From the NCBI RefSeq assembly GCF_018977255.1, contig NW_024704742.1, forward strand, positions 37,078,001 through 37,142,000: 64,000 nt of DNA, in the 5' to 3' direction. Position 1 is the first letter of the stretch. Each line of letters opens with the position of its first letter. The DNA comes from Callorhinchus milii (taxonomy: Eukaryota). Position numbers and translations under genes: made by a program. The notes beneath the pieces are model-generated. The model had not been told where the DNA came from, searched no databases, and saw only the letters and a program-made list of their open reading frames with translations. Below are positions 12,920 to 24,931 of the stretch, in pieces.

Positions 12920-13220
12920 TGTGGAGTCCTGTAGCTCAGTGGTTAGAGCGCTCGATTTGCAAGCGAGAGACCTGGGTTCAATTCCCAGCAGGGTAAAACC
13001 TTGGGCAAGTTTCCTGATAATAATCCCTCAAGAAAAAAAATCAATAATAAATTGGTCATTTCAATCCACGACTGTTTGTGGGACACTGCTGTGCACAACT
13101 GGCTGCAGCATTCCGCCCACAAATATAGTCAATTCACTTTACAGTCTATTCTGTGAAGCGCTTTGAGACATCTAGATGTGAAAAGCGCTATATCAAATGC
13201 AAGGATCATTATTATTATTA
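12920..13220 (+). mobile_element. tRNA-Ala-derived SINE, short form
   Basis: A box TAGCTCAGTGG, B box GGTTCAATTCC, CCTTGGGCAAGTT and (ATT)n tail. Confidence 0.92.
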
Positions 13221-14524
13221 CATAAAAACATAGCAAGAACTGCATTTTGAAATTTTCTGAGTATGAACAAAAGAATACTGTGGAAAAAGCATTTAACAGC
13301 TATTTCCAATTTGAGAAGAATATGCACTGAAAGCCTTGCTGTAGTGCTTTCTCAAACTTCACCAGAGGGAACAAGATAAAAAATAATGATAATCCTTGCA
13401 TTTGATATAGCACCTTATTACGTGGCCAAGACTTCTCAAAGCCCTTCATAGAATATACTGTAAAGAGATTTTTGACTATGTATTTTGTTGGTGAAATGCA
13501 GCAACCAATTTGCGTAAAGCAATGTCCCACAAACAGCCCTGGAGTTAGTGACCAAGGTTTAGATATAACCAAGTCTCAGGGCAAGTCTCATCTCTGGATG
13601 GTTTAAAAAGGTAGATATGTTCACACAGTTACTAAAATACTAAAGGTTGCTGCAATGCATCAAAACAGTTCAATAGACAAATAAGAGAAACAGGTAATTG
13701 CAACACTTTCTGTAATAGAATGTTTCCTCCCAGTCTATTTGTATGTGCACCTATTTCTACTTTTTTTTAAAAATCTTCAAAACAGCTTTATGATTGATTA
13801 TAAACTTTTCCTTCCCATAGAGGTCAGTGCTGCATAATTTGTGTGAATAGCGTTGCACTTAGGGAGAATTCCTGTGACAGTGAGAGATTTCAGGGGTGAC
13901 TGATTGAATTGGAGTTTCCAATAAAATGTGTGTGTGTCTCAATGGATGCATCAGGATTCACCCAAGTTGCTACGAGACCTACCATGTGAGAAAGCTACTA
14001 ACCCTGTTTTTAGTGTTCCCCACTGGAAAGATAGTAGTGTCTGGAGTGGAGATATACAGCTGTTCAACACACCCCCTCGTTCTCCTGAGTGCGGCATGGA
14101 GGTTGTGAGAAAGAAACAATAAGAAAAACATCAGTAAGAAGCAGCTAAACAAATTGCGAAATTCAAGCTTTTATAGCCTCTGCTTTCTCTGGTGAAACAT
14201 GGTCGCAGATCAAGAATCTCACTGATTGTTTAATGAGCCTTTAGAAATGCAGTAAATGCTTTGTGTCTGAAAGTAGTACTACAGTAACCCTTTCTTGGTG
14301 CAATCTTATCTCCATTCATTCATTGGCTTGTTTGACACATTAGCATGCTAATTGTGACATTTCTTTCCTGTTTCTTCAAATAGATTGTCAGATTGTCAGC
14401 AGGCTGTTGGGCTATTTAATTGCAGTACCTAATGATGTAGTAAGTAAACCTCAGCTATTTAAGGAGGCCAAGTTCTCAAATAAAATGTGCCAAAATACAA
14501 TATTGTAACTTTTAAGGATCTCAT

Positions 14525-14812
14525 TTTAATCCTTGCATTTGATTTTGTCATTTTTCATATTGGGAGGATTTTTCAAAGCACTTCTCAGAAAGGAGATTTT
14601 CTACAGTGTAGTGACAATATTTTTGTCGACCAATGTGGCAGATAATTTGCACACACAGTAAAGTTTCACAAGCATCCATGAGGTGAGTGATCAATTTTAT
14701 CTGGAGGATAAATTTGTTGGCAATGAAACCCTTCTCTTCTCAAGTAGTGCCATGAGATCTTTAATAGCCTCCTGAACATGTAGGGTAGACCCTGATTTAG
14801 CATCTCATCCGA
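14525..14812 (-). mobile_element. Deu-domain SINE fragment
   Basis: GTGCCATGAGATCTTTAAT...CATCTCATCCGAA plus tail. Confidence 0.75.
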
Positions 14813-15109
14813 ATGGAAATACCAAAAATAGACATTTGCCAGCCAGCTTGTATTTATGGAGCACCTTTCACATCAAAAAATGTCTCAAAATACTTAACAA
14901 TAGGAGCAGAGATCTCATCCGAGGCTTACACACCAGTTACCACTGCACGACTGGCATCAATGTGGAACAACCATTTTTACCACAGTGTGGTCAAAAATAC
15001 ACATTAATATGCATGATTTCACAGAAATTAGAAGTTTGGAATCGGTCACGAAAAAGTGATCTACGAAATCAGTAAATTGGCTGTGAGTACCTTAAAAAAA
15101 GACAGCTTC

Positions 15110-15225
15110 AGGGGTGTGGGGGAAAGGGCAGGTGAATGGTATAGAAGGGATTGCTCTTGAGGAAGCCGGTACAGACACGATGGGCTGAATGCCTTTCGTC
15201 TGTGCAGAAAATGTTTATGATTCTA
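15110..15225 (+). mobile_element. CR1 3' end
   Basis: GGGGAAAGGGCAGG...GATGGGCTGAATGCCT...TATGATTCTA, like 1350-1460. Similar tails occur at ~16110-16235 and ~19100-19230. Confidence 0.75.
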
Positions 15226-17324
15226 CAACAGAGATTTTGCTTCGTAAGTTTGAAAAGATGGAAGCCTTGTTCCTGACATTTCATTTGGTACAGATAAAGT
15301 TGACACAATCAAAAATAAGACATGGATGTGGAATAATTGGCTAAAGGGAAGGAAACAGAGAATAGTCAAAAGCGGAGTTAAGTTAAATGGTGGTAGATAT
15401 TGAATGTTATCACTTGGCATCCATCCTTGGACTTCCTTCTGTTCCTAGTATACATACAATATATGTCTTTTCAGACTAAATACCAGCAGATAGTCAAACG
15501 AGCCTTTGACAACATAAGCACTCTAACAGAGTATGCTCGTAGGCTAATCACTGGTAATTGGAGTTCCAGTACCAGAATACAATTAATTGTAATAATACTA
15601 GATCTAGGAAGTAAAAATAGGAGGCACAGGCACTTGCCGATGGGGAAGCTGAAAGAAATTTATGAGTCTTTAACTCACTGCTCACCATGTCCAAACAGTG
15701 AAACGCAGCTATTTGAGTTTGGATTTCTCCCAGGACTAAAAAATTTCCCAAACAAAAAGTCCAGCATTTTAACCCAGCTCCTTCATTGAAGCTGCACCCC
15801 TCTAATCTCAGTTGCCTATACCTTCTGAACCTGAAAATGCACTTGCATGGCAGAAAGCAAATTTGTAGATCAAAAAGGTCTCAAAGGAAGAATGGGAGTA
15901 GGGAAGAGGAGATAAATCTAAACAGCCATTGCTTGCTGTGCTTGTGTTTAAAGGGCAAAGTAAACAGGTGAGAACTGTAAGATTAACTGTGTTGTAATCT
16001 ACCGATTGAATCTTGCTTCTGGGGGATGAAGCTGCAGCATCAAATGCTCTTAACTTCCATTCCTTTATTCAGTTGAAAACAAGGTGACTTTTGAAGAGGA
16101 AGACTATAAATAGGTTTAGAGAAAATGTGGGGAATTGAGATTAGAGGGGTGTAGCTCCAGTGAAGGAAATAGGACCAGCATAGCCTCGATGGGATGAAAT
16201 GGCTCCTTCTGTGTTGTAATCTCTATGATTATATAATCTCTGGTTCCAGACCAATGATGTTTTTACTGCAGATCAAGTGCTGGTGCTAACAGTGCTAGAG
16301 TTTCACTAATGATGAGGACACTGGCACAGAAGTAGTTTGGCTGAAGGTTGTGTCTTGGCAGTGCTGTAAATAGAGACTTCATTTTGTTCTTTGAAGAGGC
16401 TAAAATAAAACATATTTGACCAGAAGTTTGTGGCAACTCAGCACTAAACATGCTGGAAAGAAATCTTACCAAGGACCCCATGTGCATTATATAGCTTTTC
16501 CAGGAACTTTGCAAGGACTCCATTCCATGTCCCCCTTGACACTTTGAGTGCATTCAAATGGTAATTAATGGCTCCCACTTGTGTGGTCATACAACAACGA
16601 CCTGCACTTATATAACATCCTTCACGCAGGATAGCGCTGAACAATGGTGGAGCTTGACCCTGGGCTAGAGAGGGTTGGTATTGTAGGCATTGGTAAAGAG
16701 GAAACTCTGATGACAGGCAAAGAAGGGGCAAGGCAGAGGAATTAATGTTCCAGAGTTTTGGGGCATAATAGCTGAAAGCATGGTCGAGGGGATTTATGTA
16801 AAAAAAAGTCATATGAATGCAAGAACATTCAGTTTTCACTCTTGCTTCCAGGCTGTGTTTAACAGCTGAGCAAGTCATCACTTCTTTCCGTGCATATTAG
16901 TGTTACTCATCAATTTAGGTGCTAAATACCAGCTGTGAAATTTTTCAAGGTCCCTTGTTGCAAGCAGGAGATGGTAGTTGCTGCAGTGACTACGTATTGC
17001 ACTAGTGATAGCAATAGCACCCACCCTCAGGACAATATTCCTGAAATATTAATTTCTCAAATGATTTGAAGGCTGATATAATGTCAAAGATGTTCAAATT
17101 TGCAGTTGTCACAGAATTGGCAGCAACAGCAAATGCTGAAAATCAAATTCAAAAGGATCCAGAGAAGCTGGAGGTGTGCGCAGAAAAGGGGCCGAGGCTG
17201 TTCAAATGAAGAAGCATAAAATGAGGGGATTCAGCAGAAGAAAGGGCAGTAAGGTATATGTGCCAAACAGAAAAGTATAAGTGAGTAAGTCACAAAATAC
17301 ATTAGTACTGTTCCAAGATACAGC

Positions 17325-17732
17325 AAATAATCCTGGCATTTGATATAATGAATTTCATGTTGGGAGGAGATCTCAAAGTAGTTCACAGATTTACTGTAAT
17401 GTGGAGTGACTGTGTATTCTGTAGGCAAACACAGACCCAATTTGCACACATCAATGTGCCACCAACAGCCATGAAGTGAAAGAGCAATTTTATTGGGGCA
17501 TTGTTGGCCAGAACACAAGGAGAAACTCCCTTCACTTTTTGAATAATGCTATGGGATCTTTGAAGTCTACCTGAACAGATAGATGGGACCACAGTTTAAC
17601 ATCTCCAACAATGCAACCTTTCTCCTAGCACTGTATTAAAGTCATCCTTGGAACATGAGTTGAAGTTTCTGTATGGGGCTAGAATCCACTCACCCAGAGG
17701 CAAAAGTGATACCAAATGAGCCAGGCTGTCAC
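17325..17732 (-). mobile_element. Near full-length Deu-domain tRNA-SINE
   Basis: Head TGACAGCCTGGCTCATTTGGTA (reverse complement), Deu core and tail. Sits between two CR1 RT pieces. Confidence 0.85.
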
Positions 17733-17734
17733 AT

Positions 17735-18270
17735 AGTAGTTAAGAAAATGAATGAAATGATGAGAAGTATAACCAAAGGCGTGGCAAATAAATCAAGAGA
17801 ATTCATTTTTAAATTGTATGTCGCCTTGGAGAAACTGCATATGGATTACAGTGTCCCATTTGCTGTAGTTTGTAAAAAGGATATTTAGCTGTTATATATA
17901 TCAGAGATTGACTAGATTGATTGCAGATATTAAAGGACAGAGCTGTGAGGAAAGCTTGGCTACCGGAGAACATTTCTCTGCTGAGCAATAGAAGACTGAG
18001 GAGAAGCTTAATAGAGCTATTTAAGATTACAGAAGATTTGGGAAATTTGGATTTAGAACTGTTTTTTCCATTGTTTAAAAACTCCAAGAAACTGTCAAAT
18101 CCTCAGAGTAAGGACTTCAAAAAGAAATAAAAAACCTGGGAGTTGCTCTTTTTTAATAAAACAGTTGATGGGCATGTGAAACAAGCAGAGGTGGTGGGAA
18201 AAATAAATTTTAATGGATTTTGTAGAGGAGCTAGACATGTTCCTGTCAACTAAACAGATTCAGCATTATT
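17735..18270 (+). mobile_element. Degenerate CR1 ORF2 C-terminal fragment (another piece at ~17040-17230)
   Basis: KLYVALEKLHMDYSV and SLLSNRRLRRSLIELFKI resemble the CR1 LYK.LVRPHLEYC and SLE.RRLRGDLIEVYKI motifs. Confidence 0.75.
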
Positions 18271-19559
18271 ACGTTTAGAGATACATACATATAATAAATC
18301 TTGTGGAAATTTGGATGTGGTGGTTGGATGGAAAGATTATCTAGTGTTGCCTGAAGTTGTTGCCGTGTTATTATATATCCTGTAATAATAATACTTCCAT
18401 TTGAAAGAAATATACAACACCTCGAGACTGGTAACTAATTGCAATTAAAATACCCACCAATTCCACAAAGGACACAAGTTGTCGCAATAAGCAACACAGT
18501 TCAGAGGTAAATGACCATCTGCTGACTGGAACTGAGGGGTGCTTAATCCTCCCTTGCACTAAAGAGAACATGAAAGCTTGGATGTCTATGTCTGTCAGAA
18601 GTTGCCTTATTGGATAACTGAAATATCAAAGTGGCTCCTACTTGAAATATTGAGAGAATATCTGAAATGCCTCACACTGATAGTATGTGCTTGTGCTCCA
18701 GGACAGAATGATAGTATCGTCATTATCCCAAGGATAATCGTGCAAAGAACGTTAAATTCCAGAGTATTGCTGCAGCAAAATAATATTAATGCAAAGGATG
18801 TAAATGTTAACGTAAATTTGCAGTCTAATGTTTGCATGCTTCATTGTTTTAAAGGAAACTGTACCTTGTGAAAAAGGTACCTGACTCATTTCAATATTTT
18901 ATTTGTAAACACAATTGCCCCTCATAAGATTTTCAGCCAAATGCTGGCATCCTGTCTGTGAGACTGGACTGCTGTTTATCTTCAACCAAGTGTCAGAATA
19001 ATATTTCATGGTACATATTATAACTCCATGTTGCAGACTATTTAGACTGCAGGAAAAATTCTAGCAGACGGAAGCTTACTTTTTATATCTTGTGTGAAAA
19101 AGGAATAGAAGGGAATGCGAGGGATTAAGGAGGAGTGAGAGATTCATGTGGAGTATAAACACCAGCACGGACTAGTTAGGCTGAACGGCCCATTTCCATG
19201 CTGTACCTTCTCTGTAAATCTATGTAATATTTATTTTTGAATTTTTGCAACTTTCATTAAAATGATATCTAAGCTGCTCCGACGAGCCAGTGGGTAAAAG
19301 CACACCTGGTGTAGAGTTCAATTAAACAGGAGAGTTGCAGCTTTGAATCTTAGAGTGAGATGAATTGTACAGAATTAGCGGATAGCAACTCAAATATTAA
19401 TATTACCTAGAATGCAATAGACAAGGAAGAAGCAGTGGTGTGATGGATGCAATTGGGTTAACATACAATGATCACTAAAAATAAGAGATCCTATTAGGAA
19501 GATGTGAAAGAAATTTGATTTCTCCACTGCAATCAGTGAAAAATGGGCACCGATGTTAA

Positions 19560-19885
19560 CAACACATTGCATTTATATAGCACCTTTCACATCGGATGGA
19601 TGTCCCAAGATGCTGGACAGCCGAGTGTTTGTACCTGATCTAGGGGTTGGATTCAGGCGGCATGGGGGCCAGGGGAGGGTAGATGACCAAAGGCATGGTC
19701 ACAGAGGAAGGTCGTGAGACAGACTTTGAAGGAGGTGAAGGAAGGGGTGAAGCAAAGGGACTCCAGAATGGAGTTCCAGAGGGTGGGGGCAGAAAGGTTG
19801 AAAGCCTCACCGCTGATGGTGGAGCAGGGAGGACAGAGGATGTGAAGAAGGCCAGTACCTGCTGAGCGGAAGAACACAGAGGTAA
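19560..19885 (-). mobile_element. L2 3' fragment
   Basis: ORF 19653-19895: ISGEAFNLSAPTLWNSI...FKVCLTTFL. Confidence 0.85.
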
Positions 19886-19920
19886 GGTGGAGCAATATTT
19901 TACTATGTATATAAGAGTCC

Positions 19921-20253
19921 TGTGGAGTCCTGTAGCTCAGTGGTTAGAGCACTCGCTTTGCAAGCGAGAGACCTGAGTTCAATTCCAGGCAGGTCAGGGT
20001 GAAACCTTGGGCAAGTTTCCTTACTCCACACGACTAATAATAATCCCTCCAAAAAACCAAAAACAATAATAAATTGGTCATTTTCAATCCACGACCGTTT
20101 GTGGGACATTGCTGTGCGCAATTGGCTGCCGTGTTCGCCCACAAATATACAGTCAATTCACTTTACAGTGTGTTCTGTGAAGCACTTTGGGACATCCTCC
20201 CGACGTGAAAAGTGCTATATCAAATGCAAGGATTATTATTATTATTATTATTA
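19921..20253 (+). mobile_element. Full-length young tRNA-Ala SINE, short form
   Basis: Anticodon arm CTCGC-TT-TGC-AA-GCGAG (TGC at 19959-19961), A and B boxes, CORE-like CCTTGGGCAAGTT, Deu-type 3' part, L2-type stem-loop and (ATT)n tail. Confidence 0.95.
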
Positions 20254-20254
20254 T

Positions 20255-20541
20255 ATGGTGGAGGGCTTTAAAAGTGAGGATGAGGACCGAGAACTCAATC
20301 CTCTGTGCGATGGGAAACCAGTGGAGCCAGGCAATGGTGGGAGTGATAGGGTTGTGGAGGGAGCCTGGTGCGGGAGAGGCCATGAGCTGCAGAGCTCTGA
20401 ATGGTCTGCAGCTTGTGGAGGCAAGATTTGGCATTGATTGTGTCAGCGCCTGAGGTAAGAAGGTGCTGTCGGGAGCCAAATAGGAGAGCCCCTTGTTGAC
20501 ATTCAACTGGAGAAAATTAGCTCTTATCCAGGATGTGATGT
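20255..20541 (-). mobile_element. Older, internally deleted L2 RT fragment
   Basis: DITSWIRANFLQLNVNK ... LHWFPIAQRIEFSVLILTFKALH in ORF 20153-20611. Confidence 0.85.
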
Positions 20542-21290
20542 CCTCACTAAACCAGTCAGGAACCTGGGTGTCTCGTTTGACCCTGAACTGTCCTTTCTCC
20601 CCCACATCCACTGCCTACCACTACCTCCGCAACATTGCCAGACTCCGCCACTGCCTCACCCCTCAGGCTGCCAAAACCCTTATCCCTGCGTTCGTCACAT
20701 CAAGGCTCGATTACGGAAACTCCCTCCTCATCGGCCTTCCCAACTCTTCCCTTCAGAAGCTACAGCTCATCCAAAACTCTGCAGCTCATGTACTCTCACG
20801 CACCAGTCTCCGTGACCCCATCACTCCGACCCTCGCCCGACTCCACTGGCTCCACATCCCCCAGAGAATCGAGTTCAAGATTCTCATCCTCACTTTCAAG
20901 GCCATTCATGGCTTTGCTCCCTCCTACCTCTCTGACCTACTGACTCCCTACCAACTTGCCCGCTCTCTCCGTTCAGTGGGCTCTGGCCTGCTCCATGTTC
21001 CCGCCCAACCCGCCCTACCATCGGTGGCCAGGCTTTCAGCCTCTCTGCCCCCACACTCTGGAACTCCATCCCACGTCCCTTCGACTTGCTTCCTCCCTTG
21101 CCTCCTTCAAAGCCAGTCTCAAGACCCTTCTCTTCGACCGTGCCTTTGATCGTCCTCCCACCTCTCTGCCTTCCCTCACCCCTACACCATCCCTCCCCCA
21201 TGCTCGGGTCCCGACACCTGACTGTTCAGTGCTTTGGGATGTCCTCCCGACGTGAAAGGCGCTCTATAAATGTAATTTTGTTGTTGTTGT
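20542..21290 (+). mobile_element. L2 3' fragment (ORF2 C-terminus, 3' UTR, tail)
   Basis: LRNIARLRHCL...AFVTSRLDYGNSLL...LHWLHIPQRIEFKILILTFKA; (TTG)n tail. Confidence 0.95.
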
Positions 21291-21952
21291 CCAACAAGCA
21301 ATCAGTCAGAACAGTAATAGTCCTGAAATCAATGGTGGTGATAGTACCGAGCAGGAGGATGTAGATATTAATGAGGATGTAACAAGGTGTAGCTTAGAAC
21401 ATTATGAAAATCATTGATCAGTTGAATTCAGACTTTGAGGTCTGAGGGTTACCTGGGTTATACAATGATGCATTTCCACTGGGATTTCTACTGTCACATT
21501 GTGTGTTTATAAGCAAATGATGAAAGAATTGCCCATTACGTTTCATTATTTCCCTTATTTAAAGAGGCAGCCTGTCCAAAGTATGGTTATAAAAACAAAG
21601 CCATCAGGAAGAATAAAGGATAACATTTAAACAATATAGAGTTTTTCCCAGTGTCTTGGTCAATGATCTTTCCCCAGATAAAACTTGTCATTTACTTCAT
21701 GGCTGTTTGCAGGACATTGCTGGATGCAAACTAGCTGCCACCCTCACCTATACAGCACACAGCATACAATACAATAATTACCTTTGAAGCATTTTGAGAC
21801 ATTTCGGTGCTATAAGCCTTATATTAAATGAAAGTATTATCTTTATTTTTACTAAATATTGGAAGATTAGTAATATTTTACTAAGAGCAAAATCTGCACT
21901 GGGAATGGAGCATTTTTCCACAATGGGCTCCCAGGATCAGCTTTGAGCACTT

Positions 21953-22270
21953 TAATAATAATAATAATCCTTGCATTTGTTATAGTACTTTTCACGTCTT
22001 CTAGTATTGTCAAAGCGCTTCACAGAATATACTGTAAAGTGAATTGATTGTACATTTGTGGGCGAAACACATCAGTCAATTGCGCACAGCAGTGTCCCAC
22101 AAACAGTCATGGATTGAAATAACCAATTTATTATTGTTTTTTTTTGAATGATTCTTATCAGGCATGTGGAGTAAGGAAACTTGCCCGAGGTTTTATCCTG
22201 CCGGGAATTGAACCTAGGTCTCTCGCTTGCGAGGTGAGTGCTCTAACCACTGAGCTACAGGACTCCACAC
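21953..22270 (-). mobile_element. tRNA-Ala SINE, short form
   Basis: Reverse complement of the 19921 family; tail loop is the TAGAA type. Confidence 0.92.
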
Positions 22271-22630
22271 TTCACACTTTGGCACAATATTGAATGCAAG
22301 TCATCAGGGTATCAGAATCCTATTATAGTCATTCTTTTTAAAATCTGCTGGGCTCAGCTCTATTATCAATCATCTGTCTGTAAACTCATTATGGAGCTAC
22401 ATTCTGTTTTCTCACCCCTGCACTCCCTCAGGCAATGACATTCACAAGTTTTGGGAAGGGAAGACAGGGTTTTACACACACTCGTTTTTCCAGTAAAAGA
22501 TTGGAAGAAAATCCCAATGACCCTTTCCTTCGACCAGCAGTCATGATGAGATCCTTTGCCGCAAGATTCTATGCAAAGTACTGGATCTAGTTTGTACTCC
22601 TGTGAAAAGGTCATGAGTGGAAGTACATAT

Positions 22631-22955
22631 ATAATAATAATAATAATAATCCTTGCATTTGATATAGCGCTTTTCACGTCTGGAGGACGTCCCAAAGCGC
22701 TTCACAGAACACACTGTAAAGTGAATTGACTGTATATTTGTGGGCGAACGCGGCAGCCAATTGCACACAGCAATGTCCCACAAACAGTCGTAGATTGAAA
22801 ATGACCAATTTAATTATTGTTTTTAGTTTTGGAGGGATTATTATTAGGCGTGTGGAGTAAGGAAACTTGCCCAAGGTTTCGCCCTGCCTGGAATTGAACT
22901 CGGGTCTCTCGCTTGCAAAGCAAGTGCTCTAACCACTGAGCTACAGGACTCCACA
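22631..22955 (-). mobile_element. Full-length young tRNA-Ala SINE with TSD
   Basis: Very similar to 19921-20253. Flanks AAGTACATAT (22621-22630) and AAGTCCATAT (22956-22965) match at 9/10. Confidence 0.95.
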
Positions 22956-23064
22956 AAGTCCATATGTCTGTTCCTGTTGAATATCTATGCACAAAGGATT
23001 ATTTTTGTGTTGGGTGCCAGAGGCTGGTGAACGCATGTTAAATAAACATGCCAATAAGATGCAC

Positions 23065-23550
23065 ACAACAACAAATTACATTTGTACTGCGACTTTCACA
23101 TCGGGAGGACATCCCAAGACCCTGGACAGTCAGGATTTGGACCCGAGCATGGGGTTGGGAATCAAGAGTAGTGGAGGTGGGTAGGGATAGGAGGGTGACC
23201 AAAGGCGCAGTCAAAGAGGTGGGTCTTGAAACGTGCCTTGAAGGAGGCAAGGGAGAAAGCAAGGCAAAGGGCTTGTGAGATGGCGTTCTAAAAGCTGGGG
23301 ACAGGGAAACTGAAGGCCCAAGTGTTGATGGTGGTGGGCTGGACAGGGCAGGGGACATGGAGCAAGCCGGAGCCTGTTGAGTGGAAGGAGTGAACTGGTC
23401 TATATGGCATTAGCAGGGAAGGAAGGAGCAAGGTTGTAGAGAGCTTTGAAGGCGAGTATGAGGATTTTGAACTCTATCCTCTGGGGAATAGGGAGCCATT
23501 GGAACCAGGCACAGGTGGGAGCAATAGGGTCATGGAGCCTGGTGGATGAA
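23065..23550 (-). mobile_element. L2 3' fragment
   Basis: WLPIPQRIEFKILILAFKALYNLAPS; (CAA)n tail at the left end. Confidence 0.9.
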
Positions 23551-24039
23551 CATATGAACACGTATGAGCAGTTGCGTTTTAGGTGGAAAAGGGCATTGAA
23601 CAAATGGAATCTGATCCAGGTAAGTCATCATTCTTGCTAGGTTTTTAATATCTAGAGTTGGAAGCCACAATGTCTTTCAAAGTTGAATTACTTCCTAAAA
23701 TTGAAAAGTAGCACCAATAGAACTAATTCATGTCAGAGAGGAAAAAAAGAAAGAAGAGCACAGGTATGAAATCATTGTATCCAGGTATTGTGATATCCTT
23801 TACTAATATCCTAATTGGTAAAAATATACATATTTTTGTTACTTCTATACAATGAGACCAATATTTGAATAGGTAGGTGGGAATCAAGGGAATCAAAGAT
23901 TAGAAATTTTATGCCATTAATTGTGCTCTGCATGTGAATGTATTCAATTAAGTAAACTCAATTCCAGGGAAATAATGGGACTTCTTACTTAATTAAATAT
24001 CAATCAGCTTTAATTTAGCTTGTTAAACTGCAGCAGTAC

Positions 24040-24250
24040 CCCAACACACATTCTGGGGTCCCCAAGCCTTGGTTCTTGCTAATCTGTGCCCAATCTGCGG
24101 AATTAGATAAACAGGGTGCAATCCTTCAGGAGAATGTGCACATTCCATTCCCGACACAGAAAAATCCACATTTGGGCGTACATATGTGGAACTATCAGTC
24201 TCGTTTGGGTACTAACTTCACATTAGTCAGATACTGGCAGATCAAAAAAG
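24040..24250 (+). mobile_element. LF-SINE-like repeat, 3' part
   Basis: TGGGGTCCCCAAGCCTTGG...GGAATTAG...CATTCCATTCC matches 6222-6322; ends GTCAGATACTGGCAGATC followed by an A-run. Confidence 0.7.
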
Positions 24251-24931
24251 AAATAAATTAAGCAGGAGGAAGTGTGCTACTGTTTGTTTATTTATTATTT
24301 TTAATTTCAACTCCAAATTTTATATTTGCCTTTACCCTGTCCTACACATCTAATAACCTTCTGAACACTCTCACAATAAAATTCTTTGTTGAATGTAATT
24401 CATCAGTACATGATTGTTCTGTAAATTGTAAATTGTTCTGATGTGCTTTGGAAATAACTTTTATTTCAATCCATCCACAAAGCCTTGGAACTAAGACCGA
24501 AACTAAGAATTATCCTATCTGTTCTTTTTATATTCTTATAATAGACTTTCTATGAATCTTGAATGTGTGACCCCCAAGTGAAGAATTGCTTCAAGGTCAA
24601 TGACTGCAAGGGAGTTTCTCCTCGTGTCCTGGCAAACAGTCTCCAGATGAAATTGATCACTCACTTCATGTGAGCCATGATTACAGGACATAAGCTGTGA
24701 GCAAAATGGCAGCTGTGTTCATCTACAAAATACATTTTGATCCTGTGAAGCTCTTTGAGACATCTTCTCAATGTGAAAGGTGCTGTACAAAATGCAAGGA
24801 TTATTCTGTGGCACCTTATTCCATCACGTTCCCATCCTCTGAGAGAAGAACTACCACTTTAAACTTCAAATTACTTTAAACCATAGAACCACATAAATGT
24901 ATAGAACTGAAGAAGGCCATTCGACCCATCA

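Noticed and set aside
19924..19992. tRNA-Ala(TGC) gene (also at 12920, ~22890-22955, 39213, 48103)
   Set aside because: These are SINE heads: no complete acceptor stem or terminator, and each runs into the SINE body.
20180..20215. Compensatory covariation ACGTC/GACGT versus ACATC/GATGT in the tail stem
   Set aside because: Both changes are ordinary CpG decay, so they are not evidence of selection on structure.
20420..20560. Twin-priming 5' inversion of one L2
   Set aside because: The geometry fits, but the inverted part is visibly more diverged from the 53920 copy than the forward part and continues into sequence duplicating the forward part. Two independent insertions are more likely.
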